Assembly (NCBI GenBank): GCA_027623675.1
Contig: JAQBVF010000037.1
Location: 1 to 25,331 of the forward strand
Direction of reading: 5' to 3'
Source: Chloroflexota bacterium
GTDB lineage: Bacteria; Chloroflexota; Dehalococcoidia; Lucifugimonadales; UBA3495
Length of the DNA stretch: 25,331 bases
Shown: piece by piece, positions 1 to 9,931 of the stretch
Layout: each line of letters opens with the position of its first letter
How positions within the stretch are numbered: position 1 is the first letter of the stretch
The notes under the pieces: generated by a model
Databases searched by the model: none
What the model was told of the DNA's origin: nothing
The model's input: the letters and a program-made list of their open reading frames with translations, nothing else
Translations under genes and position numbers: made by a program

Positions 1-100
1 AAGACGGCTGCTGGTGCGCATGGGGAATGGGCATCCCGCCTTCCCGCTGCTGCTGGAGGGCCGGAGGCGGGCTTTTGTAGCTGCGCCAAATAGGGGATTG

Positions 101-223
101 TGCTAACATTTTGCTAACGTATTCCCCACCACCGGGCAACACTGGCCAACATCTCAGATACAACATCGTCGCGGGTGGCCGGACGGGATGTTCTCATTCC
201 GTATCTGGCAACATAGAACAACA
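101..223. repeat. Cluster of short direct repeats (TGCTAAC x2; CAACA x5)
   Basis: TGCTAAC at 101-107 and 112-118 (11-bp period). CAACA at 137, 147, 161, 209 and 219, including two pairs 10 bp apart. Confidence 0.55.
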
Positions 224-268
224 TGAGCGTCCCACATCTTTAGACCGGCAACCAAGTTGACGGCGACG

Positions 269-302
269 AAAGCCCAGGCTGCAATGCCAGGGCTTTTTTT
301 TT
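269..302 (+). terminator. Rho-independent terminator
   Basis: AAAGCCC-A-GGC / loop TGCAAT / GCC-A-GGGCTTT stem, ending in a 9-nt T run (294-302). Confidence 0.75.
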
Positions 303-554
303 GTTTCAGAGCCAAGCGCGTCCTGGTGTTAACTCGAGACGACTTTTACATGAAACACAGCCGGGGCCTACTCCGGTCGCCATGTTGGCCCGGTGGTGGC
401 TAAGGTGGTGGAAAACCTGATATTCTTCGTCCGTTACGGCGGCCCAATCCGGGCAGCCTGTGGACATTAACCAAGTAAATGTCCGGTTCCGGCGATTGAA
501 GCATCCGGCCGAAACCGGCAAACCTAGCTGCCAGACCTGCCGAGGAGGCCAGTT

Positions 555-1736
555 TTGATCGCCACTTTTCCCGAGCAACGAGAAGCTAAACGTCAAGCGC
601 TATTGGACGCCGTTGAGAATTTGCGGGGAGTATTTCTCGCCGGCTCCGACGAGGCGGAAGCGACTGGGACCCTGCCCCAATCCACCGTGGACGCCATCTA
701 CGAGTCCGGTCTCTTTTCCTTCAAGACGCCGGAGGTCTTGGGCGGGGCGGAGGCGGACGCCATGATCCAGCTTGACGTGATCGAAGCCGCCAGCCGCATC
801 GAATCTTCGGTCGGCTGGTGCCTGATGATTGGCGCCGGAACGTTGGCCAACATGGGAGCTTTTCTCTGTGACGAAGCCTTAGAAGAAGTATTCGCTGGAG
901 GCAAGCCACCGAGGGCAGCCGGGGTCGCCGCTCCCAGCGGGCAGGCCACGCCGGTTGAAGGCGGTTACCGGGTGAGCGGCAAATGGGCATTCGCCAGCGG
1001 CGTAAGGCACGCCCACTGGGTCGCGGGCGGGGCCATGGTGGTCGGGGGCAACCCAGACTCGCCCCAACAGATACGCCTGGTGGTGCCAACGTCGCAGGTC
1101 ACTATCCACGACAACTGGCATGTGGTGGGACTGCGTGGGACGGGAAGTTGCGAGTACTCCATGGACAACGTTTTCGTGCCCCAGCGGTTCACCTGGGGCG
1201 GCGCCGAAGCCCGACCCCAGCGCGGCGGACCCAATTTTCTGCTGGGCAGACCCGGGATGCAGACCACGGGACACTGCGGGTTCGCGCTCGGAGTGGGACG
1301 GCGGGCGCTGGATGAGGTGACCGAACTTGCTCTGTCCAAGAAGCGAGGCTACCGGGGAAGCGAAATGTTGGTGGCCGATCGGGGTTCATTCCAACGCTTT
1401 CTGGGCGAATCGGACCTACGGCTACGGGCGTCCAAGGCGCTGTGTTTGGAGACCATCGAAGAAGCGTGGGAGTCGGTATGCCAGGGCATAACGCCGCCGC
1501 CGCCGCTGCAGGCCCGCATGCGGGCTTCGGGGTCGTTTAGCACTGAAGAGTCGACCCACGTGGTCAACCAGGCCTTCCGGTTCGGCGGGGGGTCGTCCAT
1601 GTACAGTGGCCACGTATTGGAGAAATGCCTGCGCGACATCCATGCTTCGGCGCAGCACCAGATGGTCAGCGACCGCGCCTACGAGAACCACGGCCAGTTC
1701 ATGATGGGATTCCCCGGCGCCAACCCCATGGGTTAA
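555..1736 (+). CDS. Acyl-CoA dehydrogenase-fold flavin-dependent monooxygenase (HsaA/indole-oxygenase-like, group D)
   Basis: 393-aa ORF with TTG start and GAGGAGG RBS at 542-548. Motifs: GYRVSGKWAFASG, DNWHVVGLRGTGS, FRFGGGSSMY..LEKCLRDIHASAQH. Confidence 0.85.
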   Translation: MIATFPEQREAKRQALLDAVENLRGVFLAGSDEAEATGTLPQSTVDAIYESGLFSFKTPEVLGGAEADAMIQLDVIEAASRIESSVGWCLMIGAGTLANMGAFLCDEALEEVFAGGKPPRAAGVAAPSGQATPVEGGYRVSGKWAFASGVRHAHWVAGGAMVVGGNPDSPQQIRLVVPTSQVTIHDNWHVVGLRGTGSCEYSMDNVFVPQRFTWGGAEARPQRGGPNFLLGRPGMQTTGHCGFALGVGRRALDEVTELALSKKRGYRGSEMLVADRGSFQRFLGESDLRLRASKALCLETIEEAWESVCQGITPPPPLQARMRASGSFSTEESTHVVNQAFRFGGGSSMYSGHVLEKCLRDIHASAQHQMVSDRAYENHGQFMMGFPGANPMG

Positions 1737-2161
1737 CTGCCTGCCGGATATATCCTGCTGGAGCCCAGGCCGCGGGGCGAAGACCGGCACCCTGGAAAGC
1801 CCAGTAGGTCTCCCCCGGCCCATCGATGTCGAATAACCGGGGCGAGTGGGTCTCCCAAGCAGGCCGCCGCCCCCCATCATGCCGATGACTTCGCCATATC
1901 CGTCGAGTTGGCGGGACCACCGAGTGACGATTCCCGCCCCTAATCAGAACGGTAAAGCGGCATCTGGCTGCGGCATTCCGGTGGCCTCCAGGCACAACGT
2001 TGGCAGAAAATTAATCAAATCCACCGCTGAACGACTTCCCTTAAGACGCCTGTACCTCCAATAATGGTTACGATGCTATCGGTACGTACAAAATCATCCG
2101 CCTGTCTGGCGCGCAAGATTAAAGGCCGCGGTTTTCCAGCCGGCGATCAATGGGGGAGTGA

Positions 2162-2830
2162 ATGACGGGATTCAAGATCCTGGTCACGGCCTTTGTTGCG
2201 GCCCTATTCTTCATATTGCCATCCCTGGTCATGGCGCAGCCCGCTCCGCCCCATGTTTTCCTGGGTTCGGTCACGGTAAATGGCAGCCCGGCGTTAGATG
2301 GAACATCAGTTACCGCCTTCATTGACGGCAGCCAGATCGCCAGTTCCGTGGTGTCGGGCGGGAGCTATGCGGCGCTCAAGGTTGCCCAACCCGTTGGGGT
2401 GAATTTCGCCGGCAAAACCGTCACTTTCACCATCGCCGGTCTTCCGGCAGCCGAGACGGCATTGTGGGAGATGGGCGCACTGACCGAATTGAACCTCACC
2501 AACGCTCCGCCGCAGCCGATCACGACGCAGGTTACTCCGACACAAACTCCGGTGTTGATCGTCGGGGAGAAAGGTGATCAGGGCATCCCGGGGATCCAAG
2601 GAGTTCAGGGGGTGGCAGGCCCTGCGGGGCAGGGTGGTCCGTCAGGTCCAGCGGGGCCCGCGGGGCCCAGCGGAGTTTCGGGTCCAGCCGGCCCGCAAGG
2701 CCCTACCGGACCACCTGGACCAGCCAGCGGATCGGGTAGTTCAATCGTCGCCGTATTGGCCCTGGTCTTCGCCCTGTTGTCGTTTGTAATGATCGCCGGA
2801 AGCATAGTCTGGCGTTGGCTGGTCGAGTAA
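2162..2830 (+). CDS. Secreted, C-terminally membrane-anchored collagen-like protein
   Basis: GGGGAG RBS; N-terminal signal-peptide-like segment ending VMA|QP; ~90-aa beta-rich domain (PPHVFLGSVTVNG); P/T/Q linker; 18 uninterrupted Gly-X-Y triplets (2564-2725); hydrophobic C-terminal helix followed by WRWLVE. Confidence 0.85.
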   Translation: MTGFKILVTAFVAALFFILPSLVMAQPAPPHVFLGSVTVNGSPALDGTSVTAFIDGSQIASSVVSGGSYAALKVAQPVGVNFAGKTVTFTIAGLPAAETALWEMGALTELNLTNAPPQPITTQVTPTQTPVLIVGEKGDQGIPGIQGVQGVAGPAGQGGPSGPAGPAGPSGVSGPAGPQGPTGPPGPASGSGSSIVAVLALVFALLSFVMIAGSIVWRWLVE

Positions 2831-2892
2831 CGCCGGCCCAACAATGACGATTCGACCGGAGAGTTAAGCCTATCGGAGTGCTTGGCTATCGT

Positions 2893-2927
2893 TTCGATTG
2901 CACGCCAATCGAATTGACGGATATAAT
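2893..2927 (+). promoter_or_regulatory. Putative sigma70 promoter for tRNA-Leu with an overlapping palindrome
   Basis: TTGCAC (2898-2903), 18-nt spacer, TATAAT (2922-2927). A perfect inverted repeat TTCGATTG-N5-CAATCGAA spans 2893-2913. Confidence 0.5.
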
Positions 2928-3016
2928 TCCAACCCGGATAGCAAGGCCAAGGGTTGATCGCCGAACGCTGCCTGCGGGCGGTCTGCCCGATCCACAGGTC
3001 TTTGCTTTTATCTAAT

Positions 3017-3101
3017 GGGGAAGTGTCGGAACTGGTAGACGAGCATGATTTAGGATCATGTGCTGCAAGGCGTCCGGGTTCGAGTCCCGGCTTCCCCACC
3101 A
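3017..3101 (+). tRNA. tRNA-Leu (anticodon TAG)
   Basis: Acceptor stem GGGGAAG/CTTCCCC plus ACCA; anticodon arm CATGA-TTTAGGA-TCATG; long variable arm; T arm CCGGG-TTCGAGT-CCCGG. Confidence 0.97.
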
Positions 3102-3148
3102 CGGTATCTCCGCAGATGCCCTTGTTGTTACACTGGCACCGGACAAAG

Positions 3149-3179
3149 AAAGCCCTCGACCTGATCGGGAGCTTTTTTT
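3149..3179 (+). terminator. Intrinsic terminator downstream of tRNA-Leu (possibly bidirectional with the LRR gene)
   Basis: Imperfect stem AAAGCCCTCGA/TCGGGAGCTTT with a 7-T run, A-rich on the 5' side. Confidence 0.6.
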
Positions 3180-3223
3180 CTTCAACGGGAACGTGGAGCA
3201 ACCGGGCTCCCCTCGCCGGGTGG

Positions 3224-4489
3224 TCAGTCGCCGAGCGGGTTGCCGGAGAGGACCACCAGGTCCCGGCTTATCAGGTCGTCCAACTCGGACGGAATATTGG
3301 TGATCTGGTTGTCCGAGAGATACAGGCTCTCGATGTTGATCAGGTTGCCCATCGATCCTGGGACTTGGGTCAACCGGTTATTCGAGACGAACAGGTCGAC
3401 CAACTCGACCAGATTTCCGATCTCGCTGGGCAGCGACGTCAGCAGATTGTCGCTCAGATGCAACTCGTTCAGGGCGACCAAGTTGCCCAGGTCACGGGGG
3501 ATGGAAGTAAGCTTGTTGCCCGCCAGGTCCAAGAAGATCAGGCCGGTGAGACTGAAGATCTCGGGCGGCATCTTCGTGAGATTGTTGCTGCGAAGATTTA
3601 GCTGGATCAAGTTGGTCAAACGGTTGAGTTCCGCCGGCAGATCTGTCAGACGGTTTCCCTCGATGTACAGCCAGGCCAGGTTGGTCAAATCACATATCTG
3701 CGGCGGCAGTTCTTCCAGCCGGTTTCCTTCCAGGTACAGCCCGGTCAAACATGTTAGTCCGCCGATCTCCCGCGGCAACGCCTTTATCTGATTGCCTCCC
3801 AGGTACAGCCAAGCCAAACTGCTCAGCCTGCCGACCTCCGAGGGCAAAGCGGTCAGCTTGTTTTCGCGTAGGTCCAACTTGACGAGACTGGTCATGCCTC
3901 CGATATCCGTCGGTACTTCGCTCAATTCATTCTTATTCAGTTGCAGCGTCGTTACCTGGGTCAGGGCTCCGATACTCTGAGGTAAAGAATCGATCCGGTT
4001 GCCTTGAAGATAACAATCGGTCAGCCGTGTCAGGTTGCCGATATCGGACGGCAGCCCGGTGAGTTCGTTATTCGAAAGATATATCCAGGTCAGGCCGGTC
4101 AGATTGCCAAACGCGGGCGGGAGTTGCGTCAGATGATTGTCACTGGCGTTCAGCCGGCTCAGGTTGGTCAGGTGCGATATCTGCGAGGGGAGCGCCGCTA
4201 GTTGGTTCGCTTGCAGATATAAACCGAACAGATTGGCCAGATTGCCGATCTCGGGCGGCAATTCAGTAAGTTGGTTCTCGCGCACGTTCAGTCGGGTCAT
4301 GTTGGTGAGATTGCCGATCTCGGGGGGCAACTGGGTTAACCTGTTTCCCGATAGGTCCAGCTCCACCAGGTCGATCAGTTCTCCGATCTCCGGCGGGAGG
4401 TACACCAGTTCTTCTCTGGAGAGGTCCAACGTATCGGACCCGTCATCCCGGGTTCTTGCTATGACTGCCGAGAGCTCATCCTGGTTCAT
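3224..4489 (-). CDS. Leucine-rich repeat protein (17 x 23-aa LRR, no other domain)
   Basis: Repeats of LxLxxNxLxxLPxEIGxLxxLxx; helical N-cap MNQDELSAVIARTRDDG; C-terminal LSGNPL; GAGG RBS. Confidence 0.93.
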   Translation of the reverse strand: MNQDELSAVIARTRDDGSDTLDLSREELVYLPPEIGELIDLVELDLSGNRLTQLPPEIGNLTNMTRLNVRENQLTELPPEIGNLANLFGLYLQANQLAALPSQISHLTNLSRLNASDNHLTQLPPAFGNLTGLTWIYLSNNELTGLPSDIGNLTRLTDCYLQGNRIDSLPQSIGALTQVTTLQLNKNELSEVPTDIGGMTSLVKLDLRENKLTALPSEVGRLSSLAWLYLGGNQIKALPREIGGLTCLTGLYLEGNRLEELPPQICDLTNLAWLYIEGNRLTDLPAELNRLTNLIQLNLRSNNLTKMPPEIFSLTGLIFLDLAGNKLTSIPRDLGNLVALNELHLSDNLLTSLPSEIGNLVELVDLFVSNNRLTQVPGSMGNLINIESLYLSDNQITNIPSELDDLISRDLVVLSGNPLGD

Positions 4490-4758
4490 ATAGCCTCTAA
4501 ATTACCGGCGGACTTTGGTTTGAATGGCCGCTGGCGATACCGTAGGGTACTACCGGGCTTCGATGCTGTGAAGTAAGGCGGCCTTTTTCTGGCGGCCAAC
4601 CCTTTGGCACGGAGCAAACAGGCACCATTGGCCGCTCGATTTCGCCTTGATTTCGCTGGGGTGTTAACCCGTCAACAAATGCGATAGAATACATCTGCAA
4701 TTGGTCAGGGTCGACTCTGAGGCCGCGTTCCGGTTACCGGAAATGCGCTTTGTTCATT

Positions 4759-4810
4759 GGAATGCGACACGGGAATACGACACGGGAATACGACACGGGA
4801 ATGCGACACG
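4759..4810. repeat. 13-bp tandem repeat x4 (GGAATRCGACACG)
   Basis: Units start at 4759, 4772, 4785 and 4798 and differ only at one position (G, A, A, G). Confidence 0.95.
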
Positions 4811-4952
4811 CACACCATTTTCCAACCACTGGAATCGGCAGATGAACCGGCTCGATGCCGCCGGGTTGTTCGACGACGCGGCATCCATAACCGGTCTTGT
4901 TTCGTATCAATCATTAACCGCCGGGGTTTCCCGCCGGAGCTAAGGAGCGCCA

Positions 4953-5972
<1,020 letters not shown>

Positions 5973-6075
5973 CCGCCGCTGAATAACGGGCGATCAGGCA
6001 ATGATCGATAAACCGATCACCAACGTATGACTAGATGGCATCCAACCGGGGCATATAACAGGGATAGGACGTAAT

Positions 6076-7119
6076 ATGACTACCATGCCAGAAGCCGCGG
6101 CACCCGGCGCCGCCGCACCACGGAATGACGATGTTCTACTCGAGGTTAAAGACCTTCAGATGCATTTTCCGGTCAGTTCTGGATTCCTTTTCCAGCGGAC
6201 CACCGCCTATGTGAAGGCCGTTGATGGCGTCAGTTTCCAGGTCAAGCGCGGCGAAACCCTGGGCCTGGTGGGTGAAAGCGGCTGCGGGAAGACCACCACC
6301 GGCCGGTGCATCCTTCAGCTTTACAAACCCACCGGTGGTCAGGTCATCTTCGACGGCCAGGAACTGACCGGGATGGGCACGAAAGCGATGCGCGGCATGC
6401 GCCGCGAGATGCAGGTGATCTTCCAGGACCCATACAGCTCGCTGAACCCACGGATGACCGCCGGCAACATCATTGGAGAGCCGCTGATCGTTCACGGCCT
6501 GGTAAACGGTAAAATTGAATACCGGGAAAAGGTCGCCGACCTGCTCCAGAACGTGGGCCTAAACCCCTACATGGCCGACCGCTTCCCCCACGAGTTCAGT
6601 GGTGGACAGCGCCAGCGCATCGGTGTGGCCCGCGCGCTGTCGGTGAGTCCCAAATTCATCGTGGCCGACGAACCAGTGTCCGCTTTGGACGTGTCCATTC
6701 AGGCACAGATCATCAACCTGCTGGAAGACCTCCAAGCGCAGTTCAACCTGACCTACCTGTTCATCGCGCATGACCTGTCGGTGGTGCGCCACATCAGCGA
6801 CCGCGTGGGCGTGATGTACCTGGGTCACATGGTTGAGATGGCCGAACGAAACGAGATCTACCGCAATCCGGTCCACCCCTATACCAAGGCGCTGCTATCG
6901 GCGGTGCCCATTCCCGACCCGGTGCTGGACGCCCAACGCGAGCGGGTCCTGCTCACCGGAGAGGTCCCCAGCCCTCTGAACCCACCTAGCGGTTGTGTGT
7001 TCCACCCGCGTTGCCCGGTAGCCAATGACAGTTGCTCCCGGTTGGTCCCGGAACTCCGCGAAGTGGAGCCGGACCATCACGCGGCTTGCTTGCTGGCAAC
7101 CGGCTACGGCACCCCCTAA
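6076..7119 (+). CDS. oppF: Oligopeptide/dipeptide ABC transporter ATP-binding protein (OppF/DppF-like)
   Basis: [42 protein letters not shown]. Confidence 0.92.
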   Translation: MTTMPEAAAPGAAAPRNDDVLLEVKDLQMHFPVSSGFLFQRTTAYVKAVDGVSFQVKRGETLGLVGESGCGKTTTGRCILQLYKPTGGQVIFDGQELTGMGTKAMRGMRREMQVIFQDPYSSLNPRMTAGNIIGEPLIVHGLVNGKIEYREKVADLLQNVGLNPYMADRFPHEFSGGQRQRIGVARALSVSPKFIVADEPVSALDVSIQAQIINLLEDLQAQFNLTYLFIAHDLSVVRHISDRVGVMYLGHMVEMAERNEIYRNPVHPYTKALLSAVPIPDPVLDAQRERVLLTGEVPSPLNPPSGCVFHPRCPVANDSCSRLVPELREVEPDHHAACLLATGYGTP

Positions 7120-7170
7120 GACCTGATAGCCGTCGCCAAATAGATCCTAAACACCCATCGAGGACCAATT

Positions 7171-7206
7171 AGAGAGAGGCCGTTTTAACGCGGCCTCTCT
7201 CTTTTT
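7171..7206 (+). terminator. Rho-independent terminator after oppF
   Basis: Perfect 12-bp stem AGAGAGAGGCCG/CGGCCTCTCTCT, 8-nt loop, followed by TTTT. Confidence 0.85.
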
Positions 7207-7285
7207 GCGGCCAAACGACCGGGCTGAAGCCGTGAGGATCGCGCGCCACGGACTCCGATTCTTCGTTGTAGGCCAAAATTGGGCA

Positions 7286-7294
7286 TGATACCAT
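7286..7294 (+). promoter_or_regulatory. Putative extended -10 promoter for lepA
   Basis: TGaTACCAT ends 9 nt before the lepA ATG, with no Shine-Dalgarno in between. Confidence 0.45.
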
Positions 7295-7303
7295 TGGAAT
7301 ATT

Positions 7304-9151
7304 ATGGACCCAAGCCGAATCAGAAACTTCTGCATCATCGCCCACATTGACCATGGGAAATCCACCCTTGCCGACCGATTTTTAGAGATTACGGGAACGG
7401 TGCGCGCCGGTGACATGAAAGCGCAGTTCCTGGACCAGATGGACCTGGAAAGGGAAAGGGGCATCACCATCAAGGGCAAAGCCGTGACCATGTCACACAC
7501 TGCCCCCGACGGCATCACCTACCAGTTCAACTTGATCGACACTCCGGGGCACGTGGACTTCAGCTATGAGGTGTCCCGGGCTTTGGCTGCCTGCGAGGGC
7601 GCCCTGTTGGTGGTTGACGCCAGTCAAGGCATCGAGGCGCAGACCATCGCCAACACCCTGCTGGCCATGGAATACGACCTGGAACTTATCCCCGTGTTGA
7701 ACAAGGTGGACCTGCCCCAAGCCGAACCGGAACGGGTCTCAGCGGAGATTCAGCAGGCGTTCGGTTTCAGGGCGGACGAGATTCTCCACGTTTCAGCCAA
7801 AGAGGGCACCGGGGCTAGGGAGATATTGGACGCGGTGGTCGCGCGGGTTCCGGCGCCCAAGGGCGACGTGGCCGGTCCCTCCCGCAGCCTCGTCTTCGAC
7901 TCTGAATTCAACTCCTACAAGGGGATCATCGCCCACGTGCGGGTTAAAGACGGCTCGATCAGCAAGCATGACCGCATCAAGGTCATGTCCTCCGGGAGGG
8001 TGGCCGAGATCGTCGAAGTGGGGGTGTTTTCGCCCGGACCGACGCCCACCGACATCCTGGAGACGGGACAGGTCGGCTACGTGGCCACCGGCTTTAAAGA
8101 AGTGCGGGAATGCACGGTCGGCGATACCCTGACCGCCGAACGCTCGCCGGCGGCGGAACCTCTTCCGGGTTACGTGCCGGTTAAACCAATGGTGTTCGCC
8201 GGACTTTACCCGTCCGACGGCGAAGAATATGGCAACCTGCGCAATGCGCTGGAGAAACTACAGCTTAACGACGCCTCGTTGAGTATGGAGCCTGAGAGCA
8301 GCTCCGCCCTGGGGTTCGGCTTCCGGTGCGGCTTCCTTGGTCTGATGCACCTGGAGATCGTCCAGGAGCGGCTGGAACGGGAGTATGGCCTGGACCTGAT
8401 CGTTACCGCTCCGAGTGTCGCCTACCAGGTTGTGCTGACCAACGGGGAGACCGTCCTGGTGGACTCCCCAGCCAAACTGCCTGGCCCCAATGAAGTGTCC
8501 GAGATTCAAGAACCGCTGCTGGACCTAACCATCGTTGCGCCCAACCGGCACGTGGGCGCTCTTATGGAGTTGATGCACTCCCGCCGGTCTGAGTTCAAGC
8601 GCATGGAATACATACAGGGCGCCGGCACCCGTAGAGACGGCTCAGACGGGCCCGGAGACGAGTCTAGAGTGGTGATGGAATACACCATCCCGCTGGTGGA
8701 ATTGCTGGCCGATTTCTACAACCAGTTGAAGTCCAAGACTCAGGGATACGCCTCGTTGGACTACACATTCGCCGGCTACCGGGCCGCGCCGCTGGTCAAG
8801 GTCGACATATTGGTCAACCATTATCCGGTGGAAGCCCTATCCATGATCTTGCACCGGGATTCAGCGGTGTTCCAGGGCCGGAAGATCGTGGAGAAGCTGC
8901 GCGGCACGATTCCAAGGCAGATGTTTGAGGTCCCGATTCAGGCATCCATCGGCAGCCGGGTCATCGCCCGAGAGACCGTGCGCGCCATGCGGAAAGACGT
9001 ACTGGCTAAGTGCTACGGCGGTGACATCACGCGGAAGCGGAAGTTGCTGGAGAAGCAGAAAGAGGGCAAGAAGCGCATGAAGATGGTCGGCCAGGTGGAG
9101 ATCCCCCAGGAAGCGTTCCTGACGATCCTGGAAGTGGGCGGCGACAGCTAG
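7304..9151 (+). CDS. lepA: Translation elongation factor 4 (LepA)
   Basis: [65 protein letters not shown]. Confidence 0.98.
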   Translation: MDPSRIRNFCIIAHIDHGKSTLADRFLEITGTVRAGDMKAQFLDQMDLERERGITIKGKAVTMSHTAPDGITYQFNLIDTPGHVDFSYEVSRALAACEGALLVVDASQGIEAQTIANTLLAMEYDLELIPVLNKVDLPQAEPERVSAEIQQAFGFRADEILHVSAKEGTGAREILDAVVARVPAPKGDVAGPSRSLVFDSEFNSYKGIIAHVRVKDGSISKHDRIKVMSSGRVAEIVEVGVFSPGPTPTDILETGQVGYVATGFKEVRECTVGDTLTAERSPAAEPLPGYVPVKPMVFAGLYPSDGEEYGNLRNALEKLQLNDASLSMEPESSSALGFGFRCGFLGLMHLEIVQERLEREYGLDLIVTAPSVAYQVVLTNGETVLVDSPAKLPGPNEVSEIQEPLLDLTIVAPNRHVGALMELMHSRRSEFKRMEYIQGAGTRRDGSDGPGDESRVVMEYTIPLVELLADFYNQLKSKTQGYASLDYTFAGYRAAPLVKVDILVNHYPVEALSMILHRDSAVFQGRKIVEKLRGTIPRQMFEVPIQASIGSRVIARETVRAMRKDVLAKCYGGDITRKRKLLEKQKEGKKRMKMVGQVEIPQEAFLTILEVGGDS

Positions 9152-9406
9152 CCGCCGACCGGCGTCCAGAACCCGGCCGCCCCCAACCCGTGATCGTCCC
9201 TCGCCCCTCACCTATTTTCTAACAGAGGGACATTCCCAGGCGGGAGCCGTGGCATCTCCTGCCGGTTGAACACGATCGGTCGAGAGCAACGAGACCCCTC
9301 GTTTCACTCGGGGTGACAGATTGGAATGGAATCATGCCGGCCAGTGACCACCGCAAAAAAACCGTCCATCGCGGGAACCAAAGCCCACTGAGGGCATGGC
9401 GCCTGG

Positions 9407-9898
9407 CTAGATGCCCAGGGCTTCCCGCAAACCCCGAACCTGGACCAGATGCTCCGGGATATGCACATTCAGCGTCCGTTCCAGGATGGTGTTTACGCTC
9501 CGTTCTTCGTCCACTCCCCTGGTTTTCTGATGCATCATGACCGTCTTTCCATCCAGGTCGGAATCCGACGCTCCAGATAAGGCATCTTGAAGTCCCTGGA
9601 AGAGGGCCTCAATATCGGCGGTCACCTGGGCCAGGTCGTAGCCGGCCCGCTCTGGGGTCATGTTGGTCAGGTCGGACCACAGGTCATACTCGCTAACCTC
9701 CCCGGCCAGGATACCCTTGACCAACCCGTGTACCCCGCCAGGCGGCGTTTCCAGGATGTGGTACACCAACTCCCGGGCCGACCACTCGGTGGGTTCCTGC
9801 TTCCAGTCCAGGCAATAGCCCATCCCATCCAGGATGGCCAACAACTCGGTTTTTAGGTTTTCGGCCGAATCCAAGTGTTTCTGCTTGCCGGTAGTCAA
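9407..9898 (-). CDS. DinB-superfamily-like hypothetical protein
   Basis: 163-aa ORF with GGAGG RBS and TTG start. EWSARELVYH and HIPEHLVQV match the three-His pattern of DinB/YfiT-like folds. Confidence 0.65.
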   Translation of the reverse strand: MTTGKQKHLDSAENLKTELLAILDGMGYCLDWKQEPTEWSARELVYHILETPPGGVHGLVKGILAGEVSEYDLWSDLTNMTPERAGYDLAQVTADIEALFQGLQDALSGASDSDLDGKTVMMHQKTRGVDEERSVNTILERTLNVHIPEHLVQVRGLREALGI

Positions 9899-9931
9899 AA
9901 GACTTCCTCCATCAGTGCTATTGGTTGTTGA

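Noticed and set aside
2..106. Partial ORF at the left edge (RRLLVRMG...GLC-stop)
   Set aside because: Too short, with no recognisable motif to support it.
1846..2064. Short ORFs in the 1737-2161, 4490-4952 and 9152-9406 intergenic regions
   Set aside because: No clear RBS or protein-like features; treated as non-coding.
2954..3601. 215-aa plus-strand ORF (and 2605-3201 on the minus strand)
   Set aside because: Both run through the tRNA and are antisense shadows of the LRR or collagen genes.
4759..4810. Possible CRISPR array (also considered for 20317-20369)
   Set aside because: Units are 12-13 bp, contiguous and lack spacers; there are no cas genes.
3017..4952. Integrated island or prophage at tRNA-Leu
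   Set aside because: No integrase, and I found no duplicated tRNA 3' end in the window.
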